NCBI RefSeq assembly: GCF_009914755.1
Contig: NC_060934.1
DNA: 64,000 nt
Reading direction: 5' to 3' (one strand)
Origin: the human T2T-CHM13v2.0 reference genome, Homo sapiens
Part shown: positions 62,641 to 64,000 of the stretch, one piece after another
How the letters are laid out: each line of letters opens with the position of its first letter
How positions within the stretch are numbered: the stretch's first letter is position 1
Notes under the pieces: generated by a model
What the model saw: only the letters and a program-made list of their open reading frames with translations
Told to the model about the DNA's origin: nothing
Database searches by the model: none
Position numbers and translations under genes: made by a program

Positions 62641-64000
62641 CTATGTTTTATTTTATATTAATAGATAATAATGAGAAAATCTTATTCTCTGAATAAATAG
62701 CTAGACATACATTTTGAGGATTATTATTCTCAAGCACTGTGTACATTTCAAATGTGCTTCAATATTTTGTGAACATTCAATATTTTGTGAAGGTGTTTTA
62801 GAGAAGTCATAAGCAAGCAACACATGCATTGAGCTCTGTAAACTCTGTTTATGTTATTAATCAGAATAGCTCCTGTCCATCTAAAGGAGGAATAGATGTC
62901 TTTAAGAAGAAATGAAAAAATAAAGTAAATGTGAAAATTTCCCTTACTTATTTCCAAACAAGTGCTCCTCCAAAAAAATGCAAATAATTAAGTTTCTGAA
63001 ATGGTGAACATATCAGATTAGTAGACATATGGCAGGAGCAGCAAATGAGCAGATCAAGTTGAAGTCCTAGTATTACCAATCTGTTAATGTTGACAGGAAG
63101 ACTCATTTTGACTGTTCCTTTTATATCAATAAATGAGTGGATTTCAACTACTCTAAATAGGAATGCTAAAAGCAGCACTGCTAAAAGTGCATATCAAACC
63201 AATAATTTTCTGATGCTGTTTTGGTATATCCTACAAACATTTGTAGGACAACAACTCAGAAGGGAAAAAAATATCTTATGCCTTTGAGGTCTGTACTGAA
63301 TGCTAATGCATTTGTATATGATGGATTTAATACAGAACTGAGAATAAATTACTTTCAGCAGCTGCACTCTAGACCTATAAATCGCTCTGAGTACTACAAA
63401 ATCCATACAGAGGAAGAACAGCTGGATAATTTACACCACCAGTATTTGTCAAAAAAAAAAAAAAAAAGCTGAAAATACAGAACCTGATTTGTCCCTTTTT
63501 CGAGTATACACGTCTACAAAAATTAAACATTATCTTTCTAGAGAATCTATTAGGATAGGCACATCTATTCGCATCTTGACATGTTGCTCTTTTAAAATAA
63601 ACATAATTCCTCTTATTTTAAAAGCACTTTTTAAAAGGATAAAAGCAGCAAAGAAAAAAACTTTTCCTTATAACCAAACGCAAGCACAAAGAAAAGTCTG
63701 TTAATGTTTATTTTGTGTTCCAATTGCTATGCTCTGGTAAAATTCTACAAAAGGAAACACGTTAACCAGATGACTTGCAGAGCACAGTGATACCAAAAAT
63801 AGTACTTAAGTTAATACACTAATTGCAAAGTTGCAGAGATTAAGTTCACCATTCTAGTTCTTGGATAAACTTTTGGAGAGGGAGTATTTAAAGTTTAATA
63901 TAAGGGCTGTCTTAAGCTTCCTAAAGAATAATACAAGCAGTAAAAATGTGCTCCGTATAAGTGAACTCCAGAAATAGAAAGCTGCAGTCACTAAAGGAAT

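Overview
Human (or great-ape) AT-rich genomic DNA inside the very large CTNNA3 (alpha-T-catenin) gene, which runs on the minus strand. The only host coding sequence is one 264-nt phase 0-0 exon at 13213-12950 (from memory, exon 6, about aa 194-281); the rest is intron, roughly half of it transposon-derived. The dominant structure is a nest at ~17.05-31.6 kb. An L2 is split by an L1MA 3' fragment and by a near-full-length L1PB (17811-30917, 18-bp TSD). The L1PB is in turn split by two AluS and a full-length late L1PA3-like element (24010-30033, perfect 15-bp TSD). Both large L1s are antisense to CTNNA3, so the L1PA3 antisense promoter and its ORF0 point at the exon. Best candidate for something undescribed (sequence-consistent, expression unproven): a three-part in-frame splice path, L1PA3 ORF0 (phase-1 donor) -> 122-nt cryptic exon in the antisense L1PB 5'UTR (phase 1->0, hydrophobic) -> CTNNA3 exon. 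This would give an N-terminally replaced alpha-T-catenin. A second nest (L1MB > MER2 > MER6A and MER8 > AluY, plus MER85) lies at 40.3-44.8 kb. Two TCTAGA-seeded templated-insertion scars are at 31-112 and 59791-59880. Subfamily names come from remembered consensus diagnostics, not a database search.
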